A stretch of DNA of 64,000 nucleotides from Sulfurovum sp. (GTDB lineage Bacteria > Campylobacterota > Campylobacteria > Campylobacterales > Sulfurovaceae): assembly GCA_027045015.1 (NCBI GenBank), contig JALUBF010000023.1:1713-65712 (forward strand), read 5' to 3'. The translations under genes and the position numbers were made by a program. Positions within the stretch are counted from its first letter, which is position 1; each line of letters starts with the position of its first letter. Positions 10,277 through 20,285 of this stretch are shown here, in pieces. The notes under the pieces were generated by a model. The model had not been told where the DNA came from. It made no database searches and saw only the letters and a program-made list of their open reading frames with translations.

Positions 10277-12232
10277 ATGTCAAACTCTTGCAAAAAAGCC
10301 TATATTACTACACCTATATATTATGTAAACGATATCGCACATATTGGTCATGCATATACAACAATAATCGCAGATACTCTTGCTAGATACTCACGTATGA
10401 CTGGGTTAGATACTTTTTTTCTCACTGGTACAGACGAACATGGGCAGAAGATAGAAGAAGCGGCTAAAAAAAGAGGTGAAAGTACTCAAGATTATGCTGA
10501 TAAAATATCTGCTACTTTTAAAAACTTATGGGATGAATTTGACATCTCTTATGATAAATTTATACGTACAACAGATGAAGAGCATATGAAGGGTGTTCAA
10601 AAAGCTTTTAGTACTATGTACTCTAAAGGTGATATATATAAAGATACCTACAAGGGTCACTATTGTATATCTTGCGAGACATTTTTTCCAGAGATACAAC
10701 TTGTAGATGGTGAATTTTGCCCAGAGTGTGGTAAAAGTACTACAATAGTAGAAGAGGAATCTTACTTTTTTAAATTATCTGCTTATGAAGACAAACTACT
10801 AGCTTGGTACAATGATACACCAGATTGTATTTTACCAAGAAATAAAAAAAATGAAGTTATCCGTTTTGTAGAGGGTGGACTTCAAGATCTTTCCATTACA
10901 AGAACATCTTTTGATTGGGGTGTTAAACTTCCATCTGATATGAATGATCCAAAACATGTAATGTATGTTTGGCTTGATGCTCTTATGAACTATATAACTG
11001 CTCTTGGTTATGGTAAAGATGATGCCAATATGGACTACTGGCCTGCACGTGTACATCTTATTGGTAAAGATATTTTACGTTTTCATGCCATCTATTGGCC
11101 TGCATTTCTGATGAGTCTTGGACTCCCTCTTCCTAAACATATAGCTGCTCATGGTTGGTGGACACGTGATGGGGAAAAAATGTCAAAATCTAAAGGTAAT
11201 GTAGTTAATCCTAAAGAGGTAGCAGATGCCTATGGATTAGACAATTTCCGTTACTTTATGCTTCGTGAAGTACCATTTGGTGGAGATGGTGATTTTAGTC
11301 AAAAAGCATTGATTGACCGTATTAACTCAGATTTGGGTAATGATCTTGGAAATTTACTTAACCGTGTTATTGGTATGAGTGGTAAATATTTTGATGGAGA
11401 GGTTGACTCTTCAAATGTAACAAAATATTACCAAAATGAGTTAGATGAAGTAGAAAGCTCACTAGCTAAACTAGAGCCACTTCTTTTTGAGATGCAAATC
11501 CATCGTTACTTAGAAGAACTTTGGAGACCACTAACTGTAGCCAATAAAGCTATAGATAAGTATCAACCTTGGACACTTATGAAAGAGGGGGAAGAGGAAA
11601 AGGCTATGGCACTCAATGGACTTATTGCCTCCATATTGGCAAAAGTATCTGTAATGCTCTACCCTGTTATGCCAAAAGTATGTACAAAAATATCTAATGC
11701 TCTTTGCTTTAAGATAGATAATGATTCTTGGAACAGACTTACTCAAAATAAGGAATTACTATCTCCATTTAATTTGAAAAAGATTGACCCATTATTCCCT
11801 CGCATAGAAGAGGCTATCCTTAAACAAATAGAACCTGAACATAATAATAAAATAGAAGAACCAAAGATAGCTAAAAAAACAGAACTTAAAGAGATAGAGG
11901 GTATAACATATATAGGTATAGAGCAATTCTTTGAAACATCTCTTAAAGTAGGAACAGTAATACAAGCAGAAGAAGTACCAAAAAGTAAAAAACTTCTTTT
12001 ACTTCAAGTAGATTTAGGAGAAGATGAACCTAGACAGATAGTTGCAGGTATCAAAGAGTGGTACAGTGCAGAAGATATGCTAAATACACAAGTATGTGTA
12101 GTAGCCAACCTCAAACCAGCAAAACTTATGGGACATATTAGTCAAGGAATGCTTCTTGCAGCTAAAGATGAAGATGGTCTATGTATGATACGCCCAGAGA
12201 AACCAAAAACTGCTGGAACACCAATAGGTTAA
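10277..12232 (+). CDS. metG: Methionine--tRNA ligase with C-terminal tRNA-binding domain
   Basis: HIGH, KMSKS, zinc knuckle and C-terminal OB (Trbp111-like) domain. Confidence 0.98.
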   Translation: MSNSCKKAYITTPIYYVNDIAHIGHAYTTIIADTLARYSRMTGLDTFFLTGTDEHGQKIEEAAKKRGESTQDYADKISATFKNLWDEFDISYDKFIRTTDEEHMKGVQKAFSTMYSKGDIYKDTYKGHYCISCETFFPEIQLVDGEFCPECGKSTTIVEEESYFFKLSAYEDKLLAWYNDTPDCILPRNKKNEVIRFVEGGLQDLSITRTSFDWGVKLPSDMNDPKHVMYVWLDALMNYITALGYGKDDANMDYWPARVHLIGKDILRFHAIYWPAFLMSLGLPLPKHIAAHGWWTRDGEKMSKSKGNVVNPKEVADAYGLDNFRYFMLREVPFGGDGDFSQKALIDRINSDLGNDLGNLLNRVIGMSGKYFDGEVDSSNVTKYYQNELDEVESSLAKLEPLLFEMQIHRYLEELWRPLTVANKAIDKYQPWTLMKEGEEEKAMALNGLIASILAKVSVMLYPVMPKVCTKISNALCFKIDNDSWNRLTQNKELLSPFNLKKIDPLFPRIEEAILKQIEPEHNNKIEEPKIAKKTELKEIEGITYIGIEQFFETSLKVGTVIQAEEVPKSKKLLLLQVDLGEDEPRQIVAGIKEWYSAEDMLNTQVCVVANLKPAKLMGHISQGMLLAAKDEDGLCMIRPEKPKTAGTPIG

Positions 12233-12234
12233 TT

Positions 12235-13215
12235 ATGAAAATAGAAGATATATTAAATCTAACAGAGGGTGTTCTTACCAACACTCCAGAAGTACAAGCC
12301 ATAGAGTCAGCAACAGTTTATCAATCCAAAGTAGAACATGGTGATCTATTTTTCTCTTCAAATCAAGAGGAGATAGACCAAGCTATAGACAATGGTGCTT
12401 ATGCCATCATCTATGATGATGAAAATATTATTAAAAAAGATAATGAAATTGCATGGATAAAAGTTTCAGATATACAACTTGCATCTTTTAAACTTATTCG
12501 ATATGTTGTATTAAAAAAAGAGGCTCAATTCTTTTTATTGTCAAATCATGAATTAACTTTTTTAAAAATGATACTTACACACAAAACAAATATTAATTTT
12601 ATTCAAGATGATTGGCGTAAAGCATTTGAACAGATATTAAATAATGATGGTACACTATATGTAGGTGCAGATAAAGAGTTGATGAAGCTCATAAAACCTG
12701 ATATTCAAAGACTAGAACGTGATGTAGATGGATATGCTGTTTTCGATACTCTTTTTAAAACAACATTTAAAGTAAATGGATATGTATATCAAGAAAAAGA
12801 TTTAATTCCTTTTCATTTAGAACATCTTCTACGTGTAATTCATTTTTGTGATGCAAATTCACTACCTTATGATATAGAGCGTTTACGATATACAAAGCAT
12901 TTTACACCTGTTTTTATAGATGGACAGTTAAATGCTACACGTTCAAGTAAGAGTGATAAAGTTGCTATATTTACAGATAATATACCAGATATTGTTGAAG
13001 CAAGAGAGTATATAAAACGTTCAAATAACTGGGTAAAAGGTATAGTCCTAACTCCTCCAAAGACTAAAATCCCAGGTATTGACCACCCACACTGGTTTAA
13101 TAATGAAGAAGAGCTAAGAGAGATACTAAAGGGTACTCTTTTTAACTATGCTTTTATTTTAAATGCTGATAAAAGCATCTTAAATACTATGAAAGAGGAG
13201 TACTCTCTCTTTTAA
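12235..13215 (+). CDS. Conserved hypothetical protein with Mur-ligase N-terminal-like region
   Basis: Start moved to ATG 12235, just after the metG stop; SKVEHGDLFF...AIDNGAYAII resembles the MurE/MurF N-domain; no P-loop seen. Confidence 0.65.
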   Translation: MKIEDILNLTEGVLTNTPEVQAIESATVYQSKVEHGDLFFSSNQEEIDQAIDNGAYAIIYDDENIIKKDNEIAWIKVSDIQLASFKLIRYVVLKKEAQFFLLSNHELTFLKMILTHKTNINFIQDDWRKAFEQILNNDGTLYVGADKELMKLIKPDIQRLERDVDGYAVFDTLFKTTFKVNGYVYQEKDLIPFHLEHLLRVIHFCDANSLPYDIERLRYTKHFTPVFIDGQLNATRSSKSDKVAIFTDNIPDIVEAREYIKRSNNWVKGIVLTPPKTKIPGIDHPHWFNNEEELREILKGTLFNYAFILNADKSILNTMKEEYSLF

Positions 13216-13865
13216 AAGGGAGAGTTTTTCTTAAGTAGTACCATATTTTTACCATTATCAGTAATATATCTACAATTATATATATCACACAATACACTAA
13301 ATGTTTTGGCTCTAAAAAAGACAATATGTGTTGTATCTTGTGGATACCACCATTTTTGAAATGTAACTTGATCATTGGTATGAAATTCTATTTGTATTGC
13401 TAAGTAGCCATTATCATTTAATCTATCTAAAAGTTCTTTAAAAACTTCTTTTGGATTATGTAGATGTTCAAAAACTTCTGTTGAAACTATAAGGTCATAT
13501 TTTTTAACTATATCTAAATTATCTGGATAATATATAGGGTCATAATAATCACAATTAATCCCTTTATCTTCCAATAATTGAGCTAAAAGTGAGGTACAAC
13601 CACAACCAAAATCTAATGCTCTATGAATATCTGATAAACTAATATTTGGTAAAATAAATTTTAAAAAATGTTTAAAATATGCTCTATATCCTTCATCTCT
13701 TTCACTATTTTGATGAAGATTATATCTCTCTTTTTGTTTTTCAAAATTTTGATAACACTTAGGTGACTTAAATATATACTCACACTCTTCACAGTGATAA
13801 TATTGTATCCCTGTTTTTTGATGAATGAAACTATTACAGACTTTATTGCAAATATGACAATCCAA
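13212..13865 (-). CDS. Class I SAM-dependent methyltransferase with N-terminal zinc ribbon
   Basis: CHIC...CEEC; LDFGCG; YDLIVSTEVFEH. Confidence 0.85.
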   Translation of the reverse strand: MDCHICNKVCNSFIHQKTGIQYYHCEECEYIFKSPKCYQNFEKQKERYNLHQNSERDEGYRAYFKHFLKFILPNISLSDIHRALDFGCGCTSLLAQLLEDKGINCDYYDPIYYPDNLDIVKKYDLIVSTEVFEHLHNPKEVFKELLDRLNDNGYLAIQIEFHTNDQVTFQKWWYPQDTTHIVFFRAKTFSVLCDIYNCRYITDNGKNMVLLKKNSPF

Positions 13866-13928
13866 TTTTACCCCTTTAAAAACTATCTTATGTTACTATT
13901 AACTCTATTAATTCAAGGATTATTTAAA

Positions 13929-15029
13929 ATGAAAAGAAGAGATTTTTTAACAACAACTGCTTTAAGTGCTACAGCCATTATCTCCACTGGTTGTCATAGA
14001 GCTAAAGAAAATAGCATAAATGATAAAAATATCAATATAAACAGAGGTAAAAAAGTAACTCTTAAACTTGCTACCTCTTGGCCTGCACATTTTCCTATTA
14101 TGGGTACAGGTGTTGATAATTTTGCCAAAAGATGTTTAGAGCTTAGTGGTGGAACTTTGGAGATAAAAGTATTTCCTAAAAATATATTGGTTCCTGCTCT
14201 GCAAGTTTTTGATAGTTGTTCAGCAGCTCAGATAGATGCTTTTCACTCTGGAGTTTACTACTGGAAAGGTAAAAATCCTGCATTTAGTATATTTGGTGGT
14301 ATGCCACTTGGTCTTACATCTGAAGAGATGTTAACATGGCTCAAGTTTGGTGGAGGGTATGAGTTGTGGCGTGAAATGTATGCAAAGTTCAATCTCTATC
14401 CTCTCATAGGTGGAACAACTGGACCTCAAATGGGTGGTTGGTTTAAAAAAGAGATAAAATCGTTAGCAGATTTAAAGGGTCTAAAGATGCGTATCCCTGG
14501 ACTTGGTGGTGAAGTGATGAAGAGACTTGGAGCAAATCCTGTTTTACTTCCTGCTGGAGAGATATATACTGCACTAGAACGTGGAACCATAGATGCTACA
14601 GAGTGGGTAGGACCAGCACTTGATACTATGATGGGGTTTGATAAAGTTGCAAACTATTACTATACTGGTTGGCACGAACCTGGAAGTATATTGGAGATTA
14701 CATTCAACAAAGCTCGTTGGGAAAAACTAAGTGATGAGCATCGTGCTATCATAACAAGTGCTAGTGAAGAGATGACAGGGAATATGCTTCAAGAGTTTAG
14801 ATATGAAAATGCAAAAGCTTTCAAAAATCTTCCTAGTAATGTAGAGATAAAAACATTCCCTAAAGATATGATGAACGCAGCGAAAATAGCCTTAAAAGAG
14901 ATATGGAAAGATAAGAGTAAAAAAAGTGAAGATTTTAAAAGAGCTTTAAAGAGCTATAGAGCATTTTATGATTTAAATAAACCTTATGATGATATAAGTA
15001 CTAAAAATTTCTTGGAAATAAGAAGTTAA
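13929..15029 (+). CDS. TRAP transporter solute-binding protein (DctP/TakP type), Tat signal
   Basis: Start moved to ATG 13929 (AAGGA SD); MKRRDFL twin-arginine signal with STGC; GLKMRIPG, ALERGTIDATEW, GWHEPG. Confidence 0.9.
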   Translation: MKRRDFLTTTALSATAIISTGCHRAKENSINDKNININRGKKVTLKLATSWPAHFPIMGTGVDNFAKRCLELSGGTLEIKVFPKNILVPALQVFDSCSAAQIDAFHSGVYYWKGKNPAFSIFGGMPLGLTSEEMLTWLKFGGGYELWREMYAKFNLYPLIGGTTGPQMGGWFKKEIKSLADLKGLKMRIPGLGGEVMKRLGANPVLLPAGEIYTALERGTIDATEWVGPALDTMMGFDKVANYYYTGWHEPGSILEITFNKARWEKLSDEHRAIITSASEEMTGNMLQEFRYENAKAFKNLPSNVEIKTFPKDMMNAAKIALKEIWKDKSKKSEDFKRALKSYRAFYDLNKPYDDISTKNFLEIRS

Positions 15030-15952
15030 TACTTCTTATTTGAATATACCAAGAGATCATTTTCTGAAAGATTGTCCATTAATTTAGATATATTTCTAAG
15101 TGAGAATAGATGTAGATTCTCACTTTTTTGCTTTTTTAGTTCAGATGAAAATTTATTTTTAGAATATAAGATAAAACTATCTACATCTAATTTAGCTTTA
15201 TTACATTTCTCTTTTAAATTTGTCAATTCGGACTTATTCATCTTTTGTTTTGAGTGTTTTGATGTACCAGCTAAAAGCCTACCAGATTTACATTTTATTA
15301 ATATATCTATCTCTACATTTTTATCATAATAAGAGCCAATTTTATCTATGGGATCACCTTCAAATTCATTTTTGAAATTAAGTTGTAAAAACTCAAGCAA
15401 TAACTGCTCATAAATAAGAGTTGTAAACTCTATCCTAATCCCTTCCCAACGCTTCATAACTTCGCTATAGTCACCCTCTTTTATACTCTTATATGTAGGA
15501 GAAATAATAGCAAACCAAAAACGCATAAATGGAGTAATAAAAAGTAACTTATCAGAGATATTATCTTTCTCATCTATAGGCTTTTCTACTGAATTATCAA
15601 ACTTTAAAAAACCATCTTTTATAAGAAAATCTATAACCTCTTCACCTGCTTCTCTACCTATATTAACTTTTTTAAAAGATGAATATTCTCGTCTATCACC
15701 TGTAGATATAGCTGTAAGCATAGCGTGATAAGTTGGTTTAGAGTGCGTAATTTTTGTAAGGTCACCATGAATGTAACGATAATTATTTAATACTTTATTG
15801 GCAATAAGTGTATCTAAAGATTTACTCATATCTACAGACCAACCCATACCACCAAATACGCTAAAATATTTAACAGCTGTTTCAAAATCTTTAGCATTAT
15901 TTTGATAGCAAAAAGAGCGAAAAAGCTCTAAAATAGTTGGTTGTTCTACCAT
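15026..15952 (-). CDS. DUF234 domain-containing protein
   Basis: PFMRFWF and IGSYYDKNVEIDIL...LAGTSK (degenerate PD-(D/E)XK-like C-terminus); no N-terminal ATPase. Confidence 0.75.
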   Translation of the reverse strand: MVEQPTILELFRSFCYQNNAKDFETAVKYFSVFGGMGWSVDMSKSLDTLIANKVLNNYRYIHGDLTKITHSKPTYHAMLTAISTGDRREYSSFKKVNIGREAGEEVIDFLIKDGFLKFDNSVEKPIDEKDNISDKLLFITPFMRFWFAIISPTYKSIKEGDYSEVMKRWEGIRIEFTTLIYEQLLLEFLQLNFKNEFEGDPIDKIGSYYDKNVEIDILIKCKSGRLLAGTSKHSKQKMNKSELTNLKEKCNKAKLDVDSFILYSKNKFSSELKKQKSENLHLFSLRNISKLMDNLSENDLLVYSNKKY

Positions 15953-15958
15953 AATAAA

Positions 15959-16195
15959 CTAACCTTTATGATTTAGTTCTACATCTATTGAGAGTGCTTC
16001 TATGTCACCCTCCACCTCTTTTTTAATATCCACACTAGATACATCAACATATTTCTTAACAACTTCAAGTATCTCAGCTTTAAGTTCATCCAAAAATTGA
16101 AAATCTTGGTTACTCTCTCTATCTGACATTATAGCGATAGTCAATCTATCTTTAGCAACTGATGCACTCTGCTTTTTCTTTAACCATGAAAACAT
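15959..16195 (-). CDS. minE: Cell division topological specificity factor MinE
   Basis: SASVAKDRL and EILEVVKKYV; downstream of minD. Confidence 0.95.
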   Translation of the reverse strand: MFSWLKKKQSASVAKDRLTIAIMSDRESNQDFQFLDELKAEILEVVKKYVDVSSVDIKKEVEGDIEALSIDVELNHKG

Positions 16196-17007
16196 TATTT
16201 AAATATCCCTGCCAACTTCTTAAACATACCAGTTGAGACACTTTCTACATCTTTTAATGGTATATTTTCTCCACATATACGCCCAGCAATACGGGCATAA
16301 GCTTGTCCTGCATCTGATTTATTATCTAAAATAATAGGTTTTCCTTGATTTGAAGCATCTATTACACCTCTATCTTCAGATACTTTACCAAGTAAAGGAA
16401 TATTTAAAATATCTAAAATATCTTCACTACACAACATCTCCCCACTTTGTACCATATCTGCTGATATACGATTTACTATAAGGTATTTTTCTACCTCTTC
16501 TCCATCTTTAACTTTTTGTGATTTTGCATCTAAAATACCAATGGCTCTATCTGCATCACGAATAGATGAAACTTCAGGATTGACTATAACAATAGCTTTA
16601 TCTGCATACTCAATAGTATGTTCAAATCCACTCTCAATACCTGCTGGTGAATCTAAAATAACATAATCATAATTATCTTTTAACTCATCAATAAGTTTTT
16701 TGACTTTTTCAGATGTTAAAGTACTTTTATCTTTAGTTTGAGATGCTGCTAAAAAATTAAGATTTTCATCTATTTTACTTTTTATTACTGCTTGTTTTAC
16801 ACTAGCTTCACCATCCATAACTTGTACCATATCATAAACAACACGATTTTCTAAACCTAAAATCATATCTAAGTTACGTTGACCTATATCAAAATCAACA
16901 ACTATACATTTTTTATTATTTAGTGCTATACCTAAGCCTACATTTGCTGTAGCTGTTGTTTTACCTACACCACCTTTTCCACTAATAACTGCTATCACGA
17001 TGCCCAA
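16195..17007 (-). CDS. minD: Septum site-determining ATPase MinD
   Basis: SGKGGVGKTT, DFDIGQRNLD, DSPAGIE, C-terminal amphipathic helix. Confidence 0.97.
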   Translation of the reverse strand: MGIVIAVISGKGGVGKTTATANVGLGIALNNKKCIVVDFDIGQRNLDMILGLENRVVYDMVQVMDGEASVKQAVIKSKIDENLNFLAASQTKDKSTLTSEKVKKLIDELKDNYDYVILDSPAGIESGFEHTIEYADKAIVIVNPEVSSIRDADRAIGILDAKSQKVKDGEEVEKYLIVNRISADMVQSGEMLCSEDILDILNIPLLGKVSEDRGVIDASNQGKPIILDNKSDAGQAYARIAGRICGENIPLKDVESVSTGMFKKLAGIFK

Positions 17008-17684
17008 TTTGTATCCTTTTTAAGTACTGGTATAATAAATATTTCTCTATCTCTAAGTTCTATTCTATTTAGTTTATCTGTTAAAAGTTCATTGTCTACC
17101 TCAACACCATTAAAGACTATATTTGCTTTAGGTGAGACAGCTATCATCATAAAACTACCATTACAACGAACTGAACCCTCAACAACTTGAGTAATAATAA
17201 GATTACCTGTTGTCTTTATGGTTGCACCACTATTGACACGGTTCAATAGAAGTAAATCACCATCAATATTGATCTCTCTTCCACTACGAATTATTGTATC
17301 CATTACAACAAAATTACGGGTCAATTTTTTAGTTAGTTGAGCTATTTCTGCTTTAGCTATCTGTTGATTGACAGCATTTTCCCGTTTTTCATCTTTAAGT
17401 TTCTCTTCTAGTTCTTTATACTCTTGGCTATCTTTAGGAGATTTTCCTAAACCAAACTCATCTTCTAAAGCTTTTCTACTACGACCTTGTGGTAGTTTAA
17501 TATTATTTAAATATTTTAAATCTTTTTGAACTAAATACTTTTCTATGCGTTCAGAAAGCTCTCCTTTTATAGAGATAAGATGGTCTTGAAAAAGCATATA
17601 GTTAGTATCAAAGAATAAGATAAATTCATCTTCATCAGTAATGCTTGTCTCTAAAACTTTTAATGAATATTGTCTATTGTTCAC
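16995..17684 (-). CDS. minC: Septum site-determining protein MinC
   Basis: IIRSGREI...GDLLLLNRVNSGA beta-helix; first gene of minCDE; GTG start with SD AGGAG. Confidence 0.85.
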   Translation of the reverse strand: MNNRQYSLKVLETSITDEDEFILFFDTNYMLFQDHLISIKGELSERIEKYLVQKDLKYLNNIKLPQGRSRKALEDEFGLGKSPKDSQEYKELEEKLKDEKRENAVNQQIAKAEIAQLTKKLTRNFVVMDTIIRSGREINIDGDLLLLNRVNSGATIKTTGNLIITQVVEGSVRCNGSFMMIAVSPKANIVFNGVEVDNELLTDKLNRIELRDREIFIIPVLKKDTNWAS

Positions 17685-17762
17685 AAATGCTCCTATAAAG
17701 TAGAATGCTATTATGCACTAAAGTTGCTGAGATAGAGCCAAATTATATAAAAAAGAATAAGC

Positions 17763-19289
17763 TTAATTTCTTAATTTCTTAGCAAATTCAATGGCTTCAT
17801 TAGTTGGATTTTCTCCTGCTATTATACGAGATATTTCATCAACTCTTCCCTTATTGCTAAGTTCTAGTACATTACTAAAATTATTATCTTTAGTTATGAC
17901 AATATGCTGATCTGCTTTTGCAGATAGATGTGGTTGATGAGATATAGCAAAAATTTGATACACTTTTGAGAGCTTAGTTATCATATTGGCTATGGCTATA
18001 GACTCATCTCCACTTACATTAGCATCTATCTCATCCAATATAAGAACCCCTTCATTTTTATTTTCTTGAATAGTCGATACCATAAGTGCTAATCGTACAC
18101 GGTTAAACTCACCACCACTTAATGTACTTGCTACAGAACCACCCAATCTAATATCTAATATATCAAAACCATTATTATCTAAAGATTTAATTTCAAATAT
18201 AAAACTAAGGTGAGATAACTTTAAAGTAAATAAATATCCTTCCAATACCTCTTCTAGCTCTTTTGCCTCTTTTTTGCGATAATTTGAAAGTTGTCTTGCT
18301 AAAGTTGATAACTCCATATACTCCATATTAAGAAATGACTCTAACATACTTTTATCTTGCTCTATATTTTTATAACCTTCAAGCTCTTTTTTCTTCATAT
18401 CTTTATATTGTAACGCCTCTTCTATAGAACCATATCTTTGCTGTAATGATGTTATATCCGATAATCTATCTAATACCTCTTCCACATTCATCTCTTCAAG
18501 TTCACTTGTTAAAAGTTCTGTCTCTTCAAAGTCAGCACGTACTTGATTTAATGCATCAGTAAAATGAGAAGCATCTTTTTCCAATAACCTATATACATCT
18601 TCTACTGCTCCCTCAGCTGAAAATATATCCATAGCTATAAATAAAGACTCTTTTATCTTATCCATATGAGAAAGTTGTCGTTTTATCTGCATAAGCTCTT
18701 CATCTTCACCCAACTTTGGATCTATTTTTTCTATTTTATCTACTTCATATGTAGCAAATTCTATAAGTTCAGCAAGTTTTGCTTCATTATCTTTTATCTT
18801 ATTGAGTTCTTCTAATTTATCTTTATAGTTTTGATAACGTTTCTTATACTCTTTTAAAAGCTTTTTAAAACTCTTATCTTTTGCCGATAAAGAGCTATCT
18901 AACATAGATATAAGTGTATTTGATTCAAAAACACTTTTATCACGAACAGAAAGATATTGGACATAAGGAGAAAAGATATCTTTAAGAGCTTTTTTTGAGA
19001 TATTTTGCCCATCTATAAAACAACGAAGCTTCTCTTTTTTAATCATTTTCAACGTTATTTCATCTTCAAGTTCATAACTTTGACTATTTAAAGATTTTGG
19101 TTTTTTCACCAATACCTCACAAAGCCTTGCATTGCTCAATACACTATATCCAAAACTAGAAAGTATCGCAGACATTAGTACTGATTTACCTGCACCACTA
19201 GGACCTGTAAAGACAACTAACCCTTTATGAAACTCTAACTCTACCTCATCAAAAGATAAAAGTTCTTTAATATATAATCTTTCTATCAA
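17763..19289 (-). CDS. recN: DNA repair protein RecN
   Basis: TGPSGAGKS, coiled coil, LSGGEFNR, ILDEIDANVSG, ISHQP. Confidence 0.93.
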   Translation of the reverse strand: MIERLYIKELLSFDEVELEFHKGLVVFTGPSGAGKSVLMSAILSSFGYSVLSNARLCEVLVKKPKSLNSQSYELEDEITLKMIKKEKLRCFIDGQNISKKALKDIFSPYVQYLSVRDKSVFESNTLISMLDSSLSAKDKSFKKLLKEYKKRYQNYKDKLEELNKIKDNEAKLAELIEFATYEVDKIEKIDPKLGEDEELMQIKRQLSHMDKIKESLFIAMDIFSAEGAVEDVYRLLEKDASHFTDALNQVRADFEETELLTSELEEMNVEEVLDRLSDITSLQQRYGSIEEALQYKDMKKKELEGYKNIEQDKSMLESFLNMEYMELSTLARQLSNYRKKEAKELEEVLEGYLFTLKLSHLSFIFEIKSLDNNGFDILDIRLGGSVASTLSGGEFNRVRLALMVSTIQENKNEGVLILDEIDANVSGDESIAIANMITKLSKVYQIFAISHQPHLSAKADQHIVITKDNNFSNVLELSNKGRVDEISRIIAGENPTNEAIEFAKKLRN

Positions 19290-20161
19290 CTTTTATCACC
19301 CCAATGTAGCTTTTCACGAAGTACTGAAAAGTAATTTCTCTCTTTTCTATGCAAAAGTTTTGCTCCTTTTGATGCACCACCAAGATGCACTACATCACCC
19401 TCTTCTAGTTCATATCTCTCTTGCCCATCTATACTTGCTATAGCATCATACTGCTCTGCATCCAATTCAATATAAAAGTCTGTAGGTACAACTAATGGAC
19501 GCTGATTTGTTAAGGAGTGTGCCATTACAGGAGTTATGATAAATGCCTCTGTAAGAGGATATACTACAGGCCCACCTGCTGCCAAATTGTAAGCTGTTGA
19601 ACCTGTAGGAGTAGAGATAATAAGTCCATCTCCACGATATGAGTTAAAACGTTCACCATCAATAGAAGCATTAACCTTTACCATCTTAGATGGGATAGGA
19701 GAGGTAATAACTACATCATTTAATGCAAAAAAGTCTATTTTCGCACCTGAAGCTTTTTTTATATATCCTGTTATCATCATACGATTATCTATACGATACT
19801 CTCCTGAAAAAAGCTGTTCTAAAAATATATCTACTTCATCTATAGTAACATCAGCTAAAAAGCCTAAATTACCTGCATTTATCCCAACAACTGGTTTATG
19901 GTAACCATATGAACGACGGACTAAAGATAGAAGTGTTCCATCACCACCTAATGAAACTAAAAAATCAACCTCTTCACACATCTGATTGAATTTTTTACCA
20001 TCTAAACCTATCATCTTTGCAGATCGTTCTGCCAATATAACTTCTATACCTTTACTTTCAAACTCTAACTTGATACGTTCATAAAGTCCACGTATCTCAG
20101 GAGCATTTGGTTTTAGAGTAAAACCTGCTTTTTTTATCTGATTTAATCTATCTTTATTCAT
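19286..20161 (-). CDS. nadK: NAD(+)/NADH kinase
   Basis: LGGDGT, GNLGFL, ALND, STPTGSTAYNLAAGGP. Confidence 0.95.
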   Translation of the reverse strand: MNKDRLNQIKKAGFTLKPNAPEIRGLYERIKLEFESKGIEVILAERSAKMIGLDGKKFNQMCEEVDFLVSLGGDGTLLSLVRRSYGYHKPVVGINAGNLGFLADVTIDEVDIFLEQLFSGEYRIDNRMMITGYIKKASGAKIDFFALNDVVITSPIPSKMVKVNASIDGERFNSYRGDGLIISTPTGSTAYNLAAGGPVVYPLTEAFIITPVMAHSLTNQRPLVVPTDFYIELDAEQYDAIASIDGQERYELEEGDVVHLGGASKGAKLLHRKERNYFSVLREKLHWGDKS

Positions 20162-20285
20162 ACTTTTTCCTACTTTTAGAAAATAATCTATAGAGTATCA
20201 TAAAATTGCTTTGTGAAGGAAAATTTATTTTCTAAAATAGCATATGCTATAATCACAACATAATCAAAATTATAGGATTGAAAAT

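Noticed and set aside
13794-13928. Long N-terminal extensions in the ORF track (TRAP protein; also 1271, 12181, 32527, 41809)
   Set aside because: Downstream starts have better SD sequences or signal peptides, or avoid overlap with neighbouring genes.
17724-17741. Possible sigma54 promoter (TTGGCTCTATCTCAGCAA, GG-N10-GC) upstream of minC
   Set aside because: Lacks the conserved TTGC and GGCAC/GGAAC context; a sigma70-like CATAAT lies closer to the gene.
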